The translations under genes and the position numbers were made by a program. A stretch of 64,000 bases of DNA from Paludibacteraceae bacterium (lineage in GTDB: Bacteria > Bacteroidota > Bacteroidia > Bacteroidales > Paludibacteraceae). Shown in pieces: positions 1-9,960 of this stretch. Below the pieces are notes generated by a model. The model was not told the DNA's origin and did no database searches. It saw only the letters and a program-made list of their open reading frames with translations. The stretch is from contig JAZOVR010000013.1 of the NCBI GenBank assembly GCA_045658785.1, forward strand, positions 13,424-77,423, given 5' to 3'. Numbering within the stretch: position 1 is the first letter of the stretch; each line of letters starts with the position of its first letter.

Positions 1-1
1 C

Positions 2-1138
2 GTGAGCCTCTTTATGCCTGCACTCATGGGTATCGTGGCTGACCGCTGGATTCCAGCAGAGAAAGCATTGAGTCTTTGCCACGCACTTGCAGGTACCTTT
101 ATGATTGCCACAGGCGCCTACGGTCTCATGGCAGGCGACGGCGTAGTTTTCTCTACCCTCTTCTCGCTCTACACCGCTTCGGTAGCATTCTTCATGCCTA
201 CCCTTGCGCTCAGCAACTCCGTGGCTTATACCGCATTGACACAAGCCAACCTCGACACCGTGAAGGCTTTCCCACCTATCCGTGTACTCGGTACCGTGGG
301 CTTCATCGTTACCATGTGGATCGTGGACTTATGCGGTTTCCAAGCTACTCCAAAACAATTTATCGTCAGCGGTGCGCTCAGTATTATTCTCGCCATCTAC
401 TCCCTCACTTTGCCTAAGTGTCCAGTGAAGGGTCATGTGGAGAATAAATCGCTCGTGGAGGCACTCGGATTGGAGTCATTCGCTCTGTTCAAACAAAAGA
501 AGATGGCAGTGTTCTTCATCTTCTCTATGTTGCTCGGTATGTGCTTGCAAATCACCAACGGCTACGCTAACCCATTCATTACCAGCTTCGGAGCTATTGA
601 GGAGTTTGCCGACACCTTCGGCGTACAACATGCCAATATCTTGATCTCTATCTCACAAATCTGCGAGGCATTATGTATCTTGTTTATCCCATTCTTCCTC
701 AAGAAGTTCGGTATCAAATCGGTAATGCTGATGGCCATGTTTGCTTGGGTATTGCGCTTCGGCCTATTTGGCGCGGGTGACCCAGGTATGCCAGGTGTGA
801 TCTTATTCGTATTGAGCTGCATTGTCTATGGCTTTGCTTTTGACTTTTTCAATATCTCTGGTTCACTCTATGTGGATCAAGAAACCGACCCAAGCCAACG
901 CTCTAGCGCACAAGGTTTGTTTGTGATGATGACCAACGGTTTTGGTGCCACTATCGGTACCTTGGCTGCACAAGCAATTGTTAATCATTTCGTGAATGCC
1001 GAGTCAGTGATTGCAGAAGGTCCTATGGCTATTTGGCAAGGTTGGCAAACCAGTTGGTATATCTTCGCTGGCTTTGCCTTGGTTGTAGCTCTGGCATTCT
1101 GGGTAATCTTCCCTAAAACCCCAGTGAAGAAAGACTAA
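2..1138 (+). CDS. Nucleoside:H+ symporter-type MFS permease (NupG/XapB-like), N-terminus cut by window edge
   Basis: ORF is open at the left edge (378 aa shown). It is a polytopic hydrophobic protein with a ..GIVADRWIPAEK.. loop, laid out like Bacteroidota nucleoside permeases. A hairpin terminator follows. Confidence 0.7.
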   Translation: MSLFMPALMGIVADRWIPAEKALSLCHALAGTFMIATGAYGLMAGDGVVFSTLFSLYTASVAFFMPTLALSNSVAYTALTQANLDTVKAFPPIRVLGTVGFIVTMWIVDLCGFQATPKQFIVSGALSIILAIYSLTLPKCPVKGHVENKSLVEALGLESFALFKQKKMAVFFIFSMLLGMCLQITNGYANPFITSFGAIEEFADTFGVQHANILISISQICEALCILFIPFFLKKFGIKSVMLMAMFAWVLRFGLFGAGDPGMPGVILFVLSCIVYGFAFDFFNISGSLYVDQETDPSQRSSAQGLFVMMTNGFGATIGTLAAQAIVNHFVNAESVIAEGPMAIWQGWQTSWYIFAGFALVVALAFWVIFPKTPVKKD

Positions 1139-1177
1139 TCGACGGCAGTCAAAAGATCTTAATACACTTATACAAAT

Positions 1178-1220
1178 AATCGCCATTTATGCCTACGCAT
1201 AGATGGCGATTTTGTTTGTG
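1178..1220 (+). terminator. Hairpin terminator after permease gene
   Basis: Stem ATCGCCAT (about 1179-1186) pairs with ATGGCGAT (about 1203-1210), with a 16-nt loop, then TTTTGTTTG. The stem sequence resembles the rsmI terminator (GCCATTTATG...CATAxxTGGC). Confidence 0.45.
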
Positions 1221-1290
1221 CGATTTAAACAGTTTATTTTCCGCATTTCATACACCAATCTGCACATTTCATACATTTTGCACCAAAATA

Positions 1291-1322
1291 TTTGCATAAC
1301 TCAAAATAAATCACTACTTTTG
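1291..1322 (+). promoter_or_regulatory. Bacteroidota -33/-7 promoter for gldF-like gene
   Basis: TTTG (1291-1294), 20-nt spacer, TACTTTTG (1315-1322); lies 40 nt upstream of ATG 1363. Confidence 0.55.
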
Positions 1323-1362
1323 CAGAGAAAATTAGAACATTAGTATTAAAAAGCACATTCAC

Positions 1363-2028
1363 ATGTTCAGAAAAGAACTCTCATACTACTTCTCGACGCC
1401 GATTGCGTATATCGTGATTGGATTGTTTTTGTTGGCAGTCAGTCTGTTCCTTTGGGTGATACCGGGACAATGGAATGTCATCGAGTCGGGCTACGCTCAA
1501 GTGGATGGACTGTTTCAAATCAGTCCATGGTTGCTCATGCTTGTATGCCCTGCGCTGACTATGCGTTTGTTTGCAGAAGAGCGACAAAGCGGCACATGGA
1601 TACTCTTGCGTGCGCAGCCCATTGCGCTATGGAAAATAGTTGTAGGCAAATACATGGCAGCGTTTGTGCTGACCGTGTTGGCGCTGTTGCCTTGCATTGT
1701 GCACTACTTTATTGTCTTCTATATGGCAGAGCCGATAGGCAATATCGATGGCGGACAATTCGTGGGGTCAATGATGGGATTGGTGTTCTTGAGTGCATCG
1801 TTTACGGGTATTGGACTACTATGTAGCACATTGACTAAGAGCCAGTTAGTATCATTTATCTTGGGCGGAGTGAGCTGCTTTGTATTGTATTGGGTAACAC
1901 TGCAAGACCACTACAGCAGTATCTCACGCGGTGTGGTAGATTTGCGCGATGTGGTATTCTTCCTGAGCGTGGCTATAGCAGCGATGATAGTGAGCATCTT
2001 GGTGCTGGAAAAAGCTGAAAAAAAGTAA
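1363..2028 (+). CDS. gldF: ABC-2 type transporter permease, GldF-like
   Basis: 221 aa and multi-TM. MFRKELSYYFSTPIAYIVIGLFLL... and ...TMRLFAEERQSGTWILL... follow the GldF pattern of Bacteroidota. No partner ATPase or GldG is present in the window. Confidence 0.65.
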   Translation: MFRKELSYYFSTPIAYIVIGLFLLAVSLFLWVIPGQWNVIESGYAQVDGLFQISPWLLMLVCPALTMRLFAEERQSGTWILLRAQPIALWKIVVGKYMAAFVLTVLALLPCIVHYFIVFYMAEPIGNIDGGQFVGSMMGLVFLSASFTGIGLLCSTLTKSQLVSFILGGVSCFVLYWVTLQDHYSSISRGVVDLRDVVFFLSVAIAAMIVSILVLEKAEKK

Positions 2029-2054
2029 AACCACATTTATTTAGAAATATTAAA

Positions 2055-2095
2055 CGACAATTTATGTCAATTAAGATGTCAATTATTGTCAATTC
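2055..2095 (+). repeat. Direct repeats of (A/T)TGTCAATT
   Basis: ATGTCAATTA at 2064 and 2076, TTGTCAATTC at 2086, and the related CGACAATTT at 2055. Spacing is 10-12 bp. Confidence 0.8.
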
Positions 2096-2108
2096 TCGAA
2101 ATATGATT

Positions 2109-2157
2109 TTGTTTTTGCCCATATGAATGCAATTAATTGCATTGGTGGGCAAAACAA
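2109..2157. terminator. Long nested hairpin (terminator or operator) between gldF-like and phosphoesterase genes
   Basis: Outer stem GTTTTTGCCCA/TGGGCAAAAC encloses the perfect 16-bp palindrome ATGCAATTAATTGCAT. T-rich on the left and A-rich on the right. Confidence 0.5.
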
Positions 2158-2169
2158 CAAAAATAATTT

Positions 2170-2664
2170 ATGACACGAATCGGTTTATTGAGCGATACAC
2201 ATAGTTATCTAGATCCACGCGTATTGGAGCATTTTGCTGAGGTGGACGAGATATGGCATGCGGGCGATATTGGTAGCGCCATGGTGCTGCAACACTTGCG
2301 TGAGTTCAAGCCCACGCGAGCAGTGTATGGTAATATGGACAGCGGCGATGTACGGTATTCGCTAAGTGAGTTCTATCGCTTCCGTGTGGAGGACGTAAAT
2401 GTGCTGATGACGCATATTGGGGGCTACCCAGGGAAATATAATCCATGGTTGTTACCCATGTTCAAGAAAGAGACACCACAATTATTCGTCTGTGGACATA
2501 GCCATATATTGAAGGTACAATATGATCCTACCTGGCAGATGCTGACTATGAATCCTGGAGCGGCAGGCAAACAAGGTTGGCAGACGGTACAGACACTATT
2601 GAGATTTGTGATAGATGGGGCTGAAATTCGAGATTTAGAGGTGATTGAGTTAGAAAGACACTAG
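2170..2664 (+). CDS. Metallophosphoesterase, YfcE/MJ0936 family
   Basis: 164 aa with the calcineurin-like motif series LSDTHS, HAGD, GNMD, THIGG, CGHSH. Confidence 0.85.
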   Translation: MTRIGLLSDTHSYLDPRVLEHFAEVDEIWHAGDIGSAMVLQHLREFKPTRAVYGNMDSGDVRYSLSEFYRFRVEDVNVLMTHIGGYPGKYNPWLLPMFKKETPQLFVCGHSHILKVQYDPTWQMLTMNPGAAGKQGWQTVQTLLRFVIDGAEIRDLEVIELERH

Positions 2665-2745
2665 CCAAACGCTCCGAAAACGTATGTTCTACAACATGTT
2701 TGAGCCATTTTAGCCAAAAACGTGTTGCACAACATATAAAGAACT

Positions 2746-2777
2746 CTTGCGGGAATGGTAAAAAAGCAGTACCTTTG
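2746..2777 (+). promoter_or_regulatory. Orphan -33/-7 promoter with no downstream ORF
   Basis: CTTG (2746-2749), 20-nt spacer, TACCTTTG (2770-2777). This matches the spacing and extended -7 (GTACCTTTGCAG) of the gene-linked promoters in this window. Confidence 0.55.
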
Positions 2778-2784
2778 CAGCGGA

Positions 2785-2872
2785 TTTAAAAATCGACACA
2801 ATCTTTTTTGTACCTTAAAAAATCAAACAGACTAATACCGTGGAAAAAAAGCCGTCGTGAGACGGCTTTTTT
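2785..2872 (+). ncRNA. Candidate small RNA (about 90 nt), family unknown
   Basis: Bounded by the orphan promoter (predicted TSS near 2785) and an intrinsic terminator: GCCGTC-GTGA-GACGGC (2851-2866) plus T6. No ORF of 60 aa or more is present. The next gene has its own promoter at 2950-2981. Confidence 0.4.
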
Positions 2873-2917
2873 CTTTATATAGTATTACGTAACGAAGTGA
2901 AGAAATACCATATGAGA

Positions 2918-2940
2918 GGCGTCAAAATGACGGCTTTTTT
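2918..2940 (+). terminator. Second hairpin plus T-run; near-duplicate of the 3' half of the first terminator
   Basis: CGTCA-AAA-TGACG stem followed by T6. GACGGCTTTTTTCTTTGTAT here matches GACGGCTTTTTTCTTTATAT at 2861-2880. Confidence 0.45.
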
Positions 2941-2949
2941 CTTTGTATA

Positions 2950-2981
2950 TTTGCATATATGCAAAAAAAATTGTACCTTTG
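2950..2981 (+). promoter_or_regulatory. -33/-7 promoter of TonB-dependent receptor gene, -33 embedded in a 16-bp palindrome
   Basis: TTTG (2950-2953), 20-nt spacer, TACCTTTG (2974-2981). TTTGCATATATGCAAA (2950-2965) is a perfect palindrome. Confidence 0.6.
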
Positions 2982-3011
2982 CAGGTTAATTTTTCAAATT
3001 AAAAAATAGCG

Positions 3012-5546
3012 ATGCTTCACACCCCTTATACATATCGTGCGCGCAACTACATAGCTGCAGTACGCAGGTATATCTGCCTATTGGTATGTATTATTTTCAG
3101 TATATCAATCAATGCTAAAGTGCAAGAAGTGCGGTTGTTTGGCTACGTATTGGACTCCGACAACCGCGGTATAGAGTTGGCGAACGTGTATGTAGAAGGC
3201 ACTACACATGGTACAACCACCAATAAGAATGGTTATTACGATATCACCGTAGAAATGTCAGACACCATCATCATGGTATATTCTATGATTGGTTATGAGA
3301 GCATACGTCAGCAGTTATACACTCAGAATCAAGTACTTGGTGTGAATGTAGTCCTCCCTACCAACGAGGAGATGCTCAGCGAGATCACGGTACGTGGTAT
3401 CCAACGACAAACAGGTACGATGGAGCGCACCGATGTGAGCGTGGCACGATTGATGCCCGATGCCACAGGTGGCGGCATTGAGAGTCTGCTCATCACCTTT
3501 GCAGGCGTAAGACAAAACAACGAGATGAGTAGCCAGTACAATGTACGTGGCGGAACCTTCGACGAAAACTCGGTGTATGTCAATGGTTTAGAGGTACACC
3601 GTCCATTGCTTATCCGCAGCGGACAGCAAGAGGGATTGAGTTTTGTGAATGCTGACATGGTAGAGAGCGTGGACTTTTCCGCAGGTGGCTTTGATGCCAT
3701 GTATGGCGACAAGATGTCGTCCGTATTAGACATCCGTTATAAACGTCCTACTCAATTGGAATCTCACCTGAACATCAGTATCTTAGGTGCAAGCGCCTAC
3801 CTAGGTTGGGGAGATAGTTTGCAGAGTCAAATGCACGGCATTCGCTACAAGACATCCAAATATATGCTCGGTGCTTTGGATACCAAAGGCAACTACAAGC
3901 CCAACTTCGTGGACTATCAAACGCAAATGACGTGGAAGGTAGGTGGAAAGTCTAAAGTCGAAAGTCAAAAGTTCTGGGAGATAAGGTTCTTGGGTAACTT
4001 CTCGCAGAATAGCTACGAGTTTACTCCTGACTCATCAGTTACAAGCTTTGGTGGTATGCAAAACGCCGTGAAGAACACTATTTATTACGAGGGCAAGGAG
4101 AAAGATATGTTCCGCACCGCCTTTGCTGCACTGAGCGCATACGGCAAAGTACATCCAGAGGTGAAAGTAGGCGTAGATTTGAGTGGATTCTACACCCACG
4201 AACAAGAGACATACGACATCCGTAGCGAATACATGCTTCGCCAACAAGATATGAGTGGCGAAGAGAGTAACCACGGTGGCAATGCCAACAACGAAATCAC
4301 CACCCCTGAAGGCAACCAAAACCTACTCGGCAAGGGTGAGTTCCACGAGCATGCACGCAACACCCTGCAAGCCAGCATGATAACCCTTGCGCATACGGGC
4401 GAATGGAAACGCGGTGAGAACACCTTGAAATGGGGTGTGAGTGGACAATTGGAGATGATCAACGACCGCATCAGCGAGTGGGAGTGGCGCGATTCTATGG
4501 GTTATAGTTTGCCTAATCTGGAGCAAGAGATGGCACTCTACTACGCCATGAAAGGTACCACACGCATGCAGAACGGTCGCCTGCAAGCCTATGCGCAAAA
4601 TACCTATCGCTGGAGCACGGAGCAAGGCAAAGTATTCTTAACCGCAGGTATGCGCCTCAACTACTGGACTTTCACCAATGAGGTGCTTCCTTCCCCTCGC
4701 GTGAGCGTGGTATGGATGCCAGGCTGGAAGCGCGATTTCACGTTCCGTGTGGCAACGGGTCTGTATTACCAAGCGCCCTTCTACAAGGAGTTGCGCCAAA
4801 CCTACCAAGACGAGAATGGCGTGTATCGCATTCACCTGAACGACCAACTCAAAGCGCAACGCTCGTATCAATTGGTACTCGGTACCGACTATTACTTCCG
4901 CGCGTGGGGACGTCCGTTTAAGTTCACCGCCGAAGCGTATGGCAAATATATGGACCGCATGGAGAGCTACACCGTGGATAACGTGCGCGTGCGTTATTCG
5001 GGTAAAAACGATAGCGAGGGCTATACCGTGGGGTTAGACTTGAAGCTCTTTGGCGAGTTGGCACCAGGTGCCGATTCTTGGGTTAGTTTCTCCACCATGC
5101 GCAGCCGTATGCGTTTCACAGACGACAAACACAATCTGGGATGGATTCCTACCCCACAGGAGCAACGTTATAACCTTACGGTTTATTTCCAAGACTACCT
5201 ACCCCAATTGCCTCAATACAAGTTGCACCTCAAGTTCATCTGGAGCGAAGGTTTACCTTTTGGTTATCCCCGCAAAGAGGACATGCGCTATTTGGGACAC
5301 ATGAGCGACTACAAACGTATCGACATCGGTGCCAGCCGCACCTTCGCTGCTAGTCACGATAAGTGGATGAAGAAGTCGAAGCATGTAGATAGTTGGACGG
5401 TGCAGTTTGATGTATTCAACCTGATTGGTTGGAAGAACGTGAATAGCTACTACTGGGTCACCGCCGCTGACGGCATGCAATGGGCAAGTCCGAACTATCT
5501 AACCGGACGAATGTTTAATCTGAAAATAGATGTGAAAATCAAATAG
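3012..5546 (+). CDS. TonB-dependent outer-membrane receptor with N-terminal carboxypeptidase-regulatory-like domain
   Basis: 844 aa. Signal-anchor-like N-terminus, then [39 protein letters not shown] (CarbopepD_reg-like), a plug-like region, and a long beta-rich C-terminal region. No SusD-like partner is present. Confidence 0.8.
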   Translation: MLHTPYTYRARNYIAAVRRYICLLVCIIFSISINAKVQEVRLFGYVLDSDNRGIELANVYVEGTTHGTTTNKNGYYDITVEMSDTIIMVYSMIGYESIRQQLYTQNQVLGVNVVLPTNEEMLSEITVRGIQRQTGTMERTDVSVARLMPDATGGGIESLLITFAGVRQNNEMSSQYNVRGGTFDENSVYVNGLEVHRPLLIRSGQQEGLSFVNADMVESVDFSAGGFDAMYGDKMSSVLDIRYKRPTQLESHLNISILGASAYLGWGDSLQSQMHGIRYKTSKYMLGALDTKGNYKPNFVDYQTQMTWKVGGKSKVESQKFWEIRFLGNFSQNSYEFTPDSSVTSFGGMQNAVKNTIYYEGKEKDMFRTAFAALSAYGKVHPEVKVGVDLSGFYTHEQETYDIRSEYMLRQQDMSGEESNHGGNANNEITTPEGNQNLLGKGEFHEHARNTLQASMITLAHTGEWKRGENTLKWGVSGQLEMINDRISEWEWRDSMGYSLPNLEQEMALYYAMKGTTRMQNGRLQAYAQNTYRWSTEQGKVFLTAGMRLNYWTFTNEVLPSPRVSVVWMPGWKRDFTFRVATGLYYQAPFYKELRQTYQDENGVYRIHLNDQLKAQRSYQLVLGTDYYFRAWGRPFKFTAEAYGKYMDRMESYTVDNVRVRYSGKNDSEGYTVGLDLKLFGELAPGADSWVSFSTMRSRMRFTDDKHNLGWIPTPQEQRYNLTVYFQDYLPQLPQYKLHLKFIWSEGLPFGYPRKEDMRYLGHMSDYKRIDIGASRTFAASHDKWMKKSKHVDSWTVQFDVFNLIGWKNVNSYYWVTAADGMQWASPNYLTGRMFNLKIDVKIK

Positions 5547-5548
5547 TT

Positions 5549-8188
5549 ATGGCAAAGATAGATGCACAAGAAACCCCGATGATGCGACAGTTTCGCGAGA
5601 TAAAGAACCAATACCCTGATGCGGTATTGCTGTTTCGCTGTGGCGACTTCTATGAGACCTATGCCGAAGATGCTGTACGAGCAAGTAAGATTCTGAATAT
5701 CACGCTCACTCATCGCAGCAACGGCGCAAGCAAAGAAGCCAAAGCATTGGAGATGGCTGGCTTCCCCTTCCATGCGTTAGACACCTATTTGCCTAAACTA
5801 GTACGAGCAGGATTGCGTGTGGCTATTTGTGACCAATTAGAAGACCCTAAACTGACTAAGAAGCTCGTGAAACGCGGTGTGACTGAGTTGGTTACGCCTG
5901 GTGTGAGTTATTCGGATACTACTTTGCAGCAGAAAGAAAACACCTGGCTGGCATGTGTAAACTTTGGCAAGCGCGAGGTGGGTGTTTCGTTCTTGGACAT
6001 ATCTACGGGCGAGTTCCTCGTTGCACAAGGCACAAGCGATTATATTGATAAACTATTGGTAAACTTTGCGCCTAAGGAGGTACTATATTTGCGCGGCAAG
6101 AAGCAAATGTTTGAAGCGGCTTTTGGAAGTAAATACTTCACCTTTGAGTTGGACGACTGGATGATGACCCACGATGCGGCAATGGATAGACTGACCAAGC
6201 AGTTTCAGGTGCAAAACTTAAAGGGCTTTGGCGTGGAGCAATTGCCTGAAGGCGTGATAGCAGCAGGTGCTATCCTACACTATCTTGATGCCACACAACA
6301 CTTGCAAAATGGTCATATTCAGCATCTTAGCCGCATTGAGGAGGATAAGTTCGTATGGATGGATCGCTTCACGATTCGTAACTTGGAGCTATTGAGCGGA
6401 CAGCGCGAGAATAGCACTACGCTTTATGATATCATCGACCGCACGACGACCCCAATGGGCGGACGACTGCTGCACCGTTGGTTGGCATTCCCGCTGAAGG
6501 ATGTACGTGCGATTCGCAACCGTCAGACAGTGGTAGAATACTTATTCCGCCATCCAGAGGAGCGCGAGATTATTCGTGAGAACTTAGAGCGTATCATGGA
6601 TATGGAGCGCATCGTGGGCAAGATTTCTACAGGCAGGATATCCCCTCGCGAGATGGTGCAACTCAGTGTGGCACTCAATTGCATTGCGCCTATCAAGCAG
6701 ATCTGTGAGAGCGCAACCGATAATTCGTACTTGCGTTTGCTCGGCGAGCAACTCAGTCTGTGCAGCGAGATGTGCGAGAGAATTCAACGCGAGATTACTC
6801 CTGATCCACCTGCCGTACAAGGTCGTCCAAATACCATTGCACGTGGCGTCAACGCCGAACTAGACGAACTGCGCGACATACAAGCCCATGGCAAGGAACG
6901 CCTCCTGCAAATACAGCAAAGAGAGATAGACGCTACTGGTATTCAGTCGCTTAAGATAGGATACAACAATGTGTTTGGCTATTATTTAGAGGTACGCAAC
7001 ACCTACAAGGATCAAGTGCCAGAGACATGGATTCGCAAACAGACTTTGGTGAATGCCGAGCGCTATATCACACAAGAGCTCAAAGAATACGAAGATAAGA
7101 TTCTCAATGCGGAAGGACAGATTCAGATTATTGAGACACGTCTTTATACCGAACTGATGTTGGCATTGACCGAGTATGTACCACAAATGCAGATGGATGC
7201 CAACGTGATAGCGCAGATGGACTGCTTGATGGGCTTTGCGCGTGTGGCGGTGGAGAATAAGTATGTGTGTCCTGCTATCAACGATAGTCTGGTGATTGAT
7301 ATTCGCCAAGGTCGTCACCCTGTGATTGAAAAGCAATTGCCAATGGATGAGGAGTATGTGCCAAACGATGTGCTATTGGACAACAACGGGCAACAGATTA
7401 TCATCATCACGGGTCCGAATATGGCAGGTAAATCTGCCCTACTCCGTCAGACAGCACTCATCGTGCTGATGGCGCAGATGGGTAGCTTCGTACCTGCAGA
7501 AAGCGCCAGCATTGGTGTGGTAGATAAGATCTTCACGCGCGTAGGCGCAAGCGATAATATATCATTAGGTGAGAGTACCTTTATGGTGGAGATGAACGAG
7601 GCAGCAAGTATCTTGAACAATCTCAGCGAACGCAGTCTAGTACTCTTTGACGAGTTGGGTCGCGGTACCAGCACTTATGATGGTATCTCCATTGCTTGGG
7701 CAATTGTAGAGTATATCCACGAACAAAAGGGGCATGCGAAAACATTGTTTGCTACCCACTACCACGAGCTCAACGAGATGGAAGAGAGTTTCCAACGCAT
7801 ACGCAACTACAATGTGTCGGTGCGCGAGGCCAACGGAAAGGTAATTTTCATGCGTAAGTTGGTGCGCGGTGGCTCGGAGCATAGTTTTGGTATTCATGTG
7901 GCAAAACTGGCAGGTATGCCGTCGTCGATTATTCAGCGTGCGAATCAGATTTTGAAAGATTTGGAGCAAGGAGCAAGGAACCAGGAACAAGGAGCCAAGG
8001 AGACTATAGGTAGTGGCAAAGCTTCGGTGAGTGCTCCTGGAGGTATGCAACTGAGTTTCTTCCAATTGGACGACCCTGTGTTGGAGCAAATACGCGATGA
8101 GGTGAAGACTTTGGACATCAACAACCTGACCCCATTAGAGGCACTCAACAAACTGAGCGAAATTAAGAAATTAGTTGGCGGGAAATAA
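5549..8188 (+). CDS. mutS: DNA mismatch repair protein MutS
   Basis: 879 aa. [11 protein letters not shown]...GDFYE N-terminus, Walker [27 protein letters not shown]. Confidence 0.97.
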   Translation: MAKIDAQETPMMRQFREIKNQYPDAVLLFRCGDFYETYAEDAVRASKILNITLTHRSNGASKEAKALEMAGFPFHALDTYLPKLVRAGLRVAICDQLEDPKLTKKLVKRGVTELVTPGVSYSDTTLQQKENTWLACVNFGKREVGVSFLDISTGEFLVAQGTSDYIDKLLVNFAPKEVLYLRGKKQMFEAAFGSKYFTFELDDWMMTHDAAMDRLTKQFQVQNLKGFGVEQLPEGVIAAGAILHYLDATQHLQNGHIQHLSRIEEDKFVWMDRFTIRNLELLSGQRENSTTLYDIIDRTTTPMGGRLLHRWLAFPLKDVRAIRNRQTVVEYLFRHPEEREIIRENLERIMDMERIVGKISTGRISPREMVQLSVALNCIAPIKQICESATDNSYLRLLGEQLSLCSEMCERIQREITPDPPAVQGRPNTIARGVNAELDELRDIQAHGKERLLQIQQREIDATGIQSLKIGYNNVFGYYLEVRNTYKDQVPETWIRKQTLVNAERYITQELKEYEDKILNAEGQIQIIETRLYTELMLALTEYVPQMQMDANVIAQMDCLMGFARVAVENKYVCPAINDSLVIDIRQGRHPVIEKQLPMDEEYVPNDVLLDNNGQQIIIITGPNMAGKSALLRQTALIVLMAQMGSFVPAESASIGVVDKIFTRVGASDNISLGESTFMVEMNEAASILNNLSERSLVLFDELGRGTSTYDGISIAWAIVEYIHEQKGHAKTLFATHYHELNEMEESFQRIRNYNVSVREANGKVIFMRKLVRGGSEHSFGIHVAKLAGMPSSIIQRANQILKDLEQGARNQEQGAKETIGSGKASVSAPGGMQLSFFQLDDPVLEQIRDEVKTLDINNLTPLEALNKLSEIKKLVGGK

Positions 8189-8205
8189 GCCATAAGTGGC
8201 TACAT

Positions 8206-8246
8206 AAAAAAAACAAAACAGGGGAAATCCCTGTTTTGTTTTTTAT
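8206..8246. terminator. Bidirectional intrinsic terminator between convergent mutS and acyl-CoA ligase genes
   Basis: AACAAAACAGGG-GAAAT-CCCTGTTTTGTT hairpin, flanked by an A-run on the left and a T-run on the right. Confidence 0.8.
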
Positions 8247-8250
8247 GGAA

Positions 8251-9885
8251 TCACTTATACAAGAAACGTTTGATACTTTTCTTTGGTGTTTTCTCAAATG
8301 GTTCTTGTTTCACCTCAATATCGTGAACACGAGAGTATGAAGGGAGCAAGTCGTTGAGTTTTTTTAGGTTCTCTTTCATCATTCGCTCCACCTCAGCAAG
8401 TGAGAATCCCTTGGTAGCCTCCTCATCTGGGAAAACAAGACCGATGAGTTTGCCCTCACGCTCTACGACTACGGACTCGGCTACACCTTGCTGGTTATTG
8501 AGTTTATCCTCAATCTCCTCAGGATAGATATTCTGTCCGCTAGCGCCGAGGAACATGGATTTGATACGACCGCGGATGAAGATATTTTGCTTCTTGTCCA
8601 TATAACCTAGGTCGCCTGTGCGGAGCCACCCATCTTCGGTGAAAGCGGCACGAGTAGCCTCTTCGTTCTTGTAGTAACCCATCATCACGTTCTCTCCACG
8701 TACAAGAATCTCGCCTTCGCCTTTCTCGTTCGGGTTATCAATCTTCGCCTCCATGCCAGGGACAGGTGCACCACAGCTACGACGTTTGAAATACTTAGGT
8801 GGCAGACCGCTGACCAGTGGTCCACATTCGGTCATACCGAAACCGATTGAAAGTGGGAAGTTGACATCCATGAGGCACTTCTCAACGACTGGGTTCATGG
8901 CAGCGCCACCGCAGAGGAAATAGCGCACTTGTCCGCCGAAGGCCTTGACTAGGGATTTCTTGACATAGGCACGAATGAGGTTCATGATACCTGGTGTGTA
9001 CCAACAGAATTTGAGTACTGCCTTGCTGAGTAGTGGATCGAGTTTCTTCTTGTGGATCTTCTCGATGACCAATGGCACCGTAGCTACCAAGTATGGATTG
9101 ACATCTGCCATGGCTTTGAGCAATAGACTAGGAGTAGGTGCTTTGGTGAGATAGTAGATAGTTGCACCTGCGCTGAAAGGATATAAGAAGTCTGCCAACT
9201 GACCGAACATATGTGCTAATGGGAGCATTGACACTACACGTTGTCCAGGTTCAACTGGTAGGATATGCTGACCGTTCTCGGTGTTGTTGCTGAGTGAACG
9301 ATGGCTGATCATCACGCCCTTGGGCGAACCTGTAGAACCCGATGTGTAATTAATCAGTGCCAACGAATCCAAATCGATCTCGCCATCTTGCACGAGAGAG
9401 AAGAAGGTATTCTCGGTGAGCGTACTCTCCTCGCTCATGATATGCTCTACATTACCCTTGTAAGGCTCTGCCAAATGGATAAAAGAGAAATCGTCCATGG
9501 ACATGATGGCTTGCAATTCAGGCAACTGTTGGTGTTGCAACTCGCGCCACACATAAGGTCCTACGATGAGCATCTTCGAGTCGGAATGCTCAATGAGGCG
9601 TGCTAAGTCTTCTGCCTTGAAGTCTTGCAAGAGTGTTACAGCTACTGCTTTGTATGACATAATCGCCATATAGCTTACTACCCAGTTGGAGCAGTTGCGG
9701 CTAGCGATGGCAATCTTATCGCCTGGTTGAATACCCAGTAGGCGGAACAGTTTGTGAAAGCGACGCACTTGTTGTGCTACTTCTCCATGGGTGTACTGTG
9801 TTTTTTCTCCGTAATCTACAAAGGCGACATCTCGCCAACGATTATGGATCACCTGATCCATATAATGTAAAAAATGATGTTTCAT
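8251..9885 (-). CDS. AMP-dependent synthetase / long-chain-fatty-acid--CoA ligase
   Basis: 544 aa with AMP-binding signature YTSGSTGSPKGV, GFGMTE, and GWLRTGDLG...IFIRGRIK. Confidence 0.85.
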   Translation of the reverse strand: MKHHFLHYMDQVIHNRWRDVAFVDYGEKTQYTHGEVAQQVRRFHKLFRLLGIQPGDKIAIASRNCSNWVVSYMAIMSYKAVAVTLLQDFKAEDLARLIEHSDSKMLIVGPYVWRELQHQQLPELQAIMSMDDFSFIHLAEPYKGNVEHIMSEESTLTENTFFSLVQDGEIDLDSLALINYTSGSTGSPKGVMISHRSLSNNTENGQHILPVEPGQRVVSMLPLAHMFGQLADFLYPFSAGATIYYLTKAPTPSLLLKAMADVNPYLVATVPLVIEKIHKKKLDPLLSKAVLKFCWYTPGIMNLIRAYVKKSLVKAFGGQVRYFLCGGAAMNPVVEKCLMDVNFPLSIGFGMTECGPLVSGLPPKYFKRRSCGAPVPGMEAKIDNPNEKGEGEILVRGENVMMGYYKNEEATRAAFTEDGWLRTGDLGYMDKKQNIFIRGRIKSMFLGASGQNIYPEEIEDKLNNQQGVAESVVVEREGKLIGLVFPDEEATKGFSLAEVERMMKENLKKLNDLLPSYSRVHDIEVKQEPFEKTPKKSIKRFLYK

Positions 9886-9890
9886 AATTT

Positions 9891-9960
9891 AATTTTGAAT
9901 TTTGAATTAAGAATTTAGAGTTAGTTTAGCCTCTTACACTTCTGAACCTCTAAACTCCTA
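9891..9960. repeat. Heptamer run (AATTTTG AATTTTG AATTAAG AATTTAG AGTTAGT) plus inverted TTTAGGAGTTTAGAGGTTCAGAAG block
   Basis: Read directly. It fills the junction between the thioesterase stop and the ligase start. On the minus strand it encodes the thioesterase end ..LGV* (tta gga gtt tag). Confidence 0.8.
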
